Assembly (NCBI GenBank): GCA_002269645.1
Contig: NIVC01000121.1
Coordinates: 186,001-250,000 of the forward strand
From: Macrostomum lignano
Lineage: Eukaryota
Direction: 5' to 3'
DNA length: 64,000 nt
Position numbers and translations under genes: made by a program. Every line of letters begins with the position of its first letter. Within the stretch, counting starts at the first letter, position 1. The notes below the pieces were generated by a model. That model did not search any database and was not told the origin of the DNA. It was given only the letters and a program-made list of their open reading frames with translations. This document shows, piece by piece, positions 62,901 through 64,000 of this stretch.

Positions 62901-64000
62901 TGCGTTTGAAGGCTAACTGATGGCTTCTAGTTTCGAGTAGCTTCTCAAAATAGCATAACGATTCCGTGACTGCTAGATATAAGCTGTGCTACATTAGCCG
63001 AAGACTGCGGACACGCGAATGCGGCAGAAATTAAGCTTAAGCCGAAAAATTAACACTGGAATATTGAGAGGCCTTCCAACTCCAACTCTTGGCAATTAGG
63101 ATTTAGCATTGAAAGTTTGACAGCAGGAGCTCTGCCGTACTCAGGGACACTTCATCTTCAGAATCCGTGCTTGAGAGGTCATGGCCCGTCGCATTCGTCG
63201 ACATGTTAGTTGTAGTCGCTTCGCAATCAGCAACTGCAGACATCGTTAAATCGTTAGCTGCTTAGTTAGCTACTTCAACATTTCTTCGCTAGATCTGCTG
63301 ACTAATCAGAGTAAAATATTAGGCGGCGAGAAATATACATGGAAGGTCAAAATCCTTTTTTTTCAAAACAATAGCAGCAGAAAGCAGTATAACTGGGGAT
63401 GTAATTGGCAGTGAAAGAGCAGGTATCACTTAAGGATAGAACATGAACGTTTTCAAAGGAAATAGCAGGAGCTGTATAAAGCTTAGCTGCTACATGATTT
63501 TTACCATTTTGTCTTAGGCTTGAGCCATGTGAAAGCACAAGAGAGCTTGTTGGTTGTCTAAAAAGCACAATAGATCTATCAGAGTTCGAACTCAGAGCCG
63601 AAAGCATGTCGGAATCACATGACTGGAAGAGTGCACCATCTCACACACAAGCGGCAGGCTAAATGTAATGCCTCCAAAATACCAGACGAATGGGAAAGGC
63701 AGATGCTCCCTGCTCTTATTCCCTTCTATGAAAATACTCTGCAGGATTGGGGCTGCCCTGATCTCGCAAAAGCAATTGGCTTGATTGAATCAGCTGATTT
63801 TGTGTCGGCCAACTCCCGGGAGGGCAGCTGGAAAAAAATAGATGGCCCTGTAGTGGCCGCGGGGAAATCTGCGCGGGGCTGGTTCTCCTCACAGACGGCT
63901 TTACTTTTTGATTTGGGCAGGGTGCAATCTGTTTCAAGTGTGCTCACTCTAAAATGCGGTATCCTTGCCGGAGTCGCACTCGCACGCTCGTACATTTGAA

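Noticed and set aside
62000-64000. Short ORFs at the right end of the window
   Set aside because: No recognisable motif or consistent exon structure; possibly decayed element sequence, but it cannot be supported.

Overview
Repeat-rich invertebrate metazoan genomic DNA, not prokaryotic: spliced GT-AG genes with GC-rich exons in AT-rich, satellite-laden introns. The organisation resembles a free-living flatworm such as Macrostomum, which is inference only. Genes: (1) a 10-exon Eag/Kv10 (KCNH1/5-type) potassium channel on the minus strand, 26019->1154, ~1117 aa; (2) a 3-exon ALG9 alpha-1,2-mannosyltransferase head-to-head with it, 28608->33031; (3) an unassigned 2-exon coiled-coil plus two-TM gene on the minus strand, 38371->35998; (4,5) two near-identical 2-exon secreted astacin metalloprotease genes at 42408-43246 and 58561-59385. 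Non-coding content: a 2.4-kb (TATC)n block 37 nt from an Eag acceptor; a 3.9-kb foldback element built from 151-bp subrepeats, flanked by TTAA and interrupted by a 340-bp TG..CA solo-LTR-like insert with a 5-bp TSD; a head-to-tail 850-bp non-autonomous Helitron array; two tRNA-derived SINE families; MITEs; decayed LINE fragments; and more than a dozen minisatellites. Most long ORFs in the supplied track are repeat artefacts. The best leads are the Eag S6 splice junction that is two codons short (hidden microexon?), the foldback and Helitron structures, TTTGGCGC (E2F-type) arrays on both sides of Eag exon 1, and the orphan membrane protein. No CRISPR or prokaryotic system is supported. All coordinates and counts were derived by hand.
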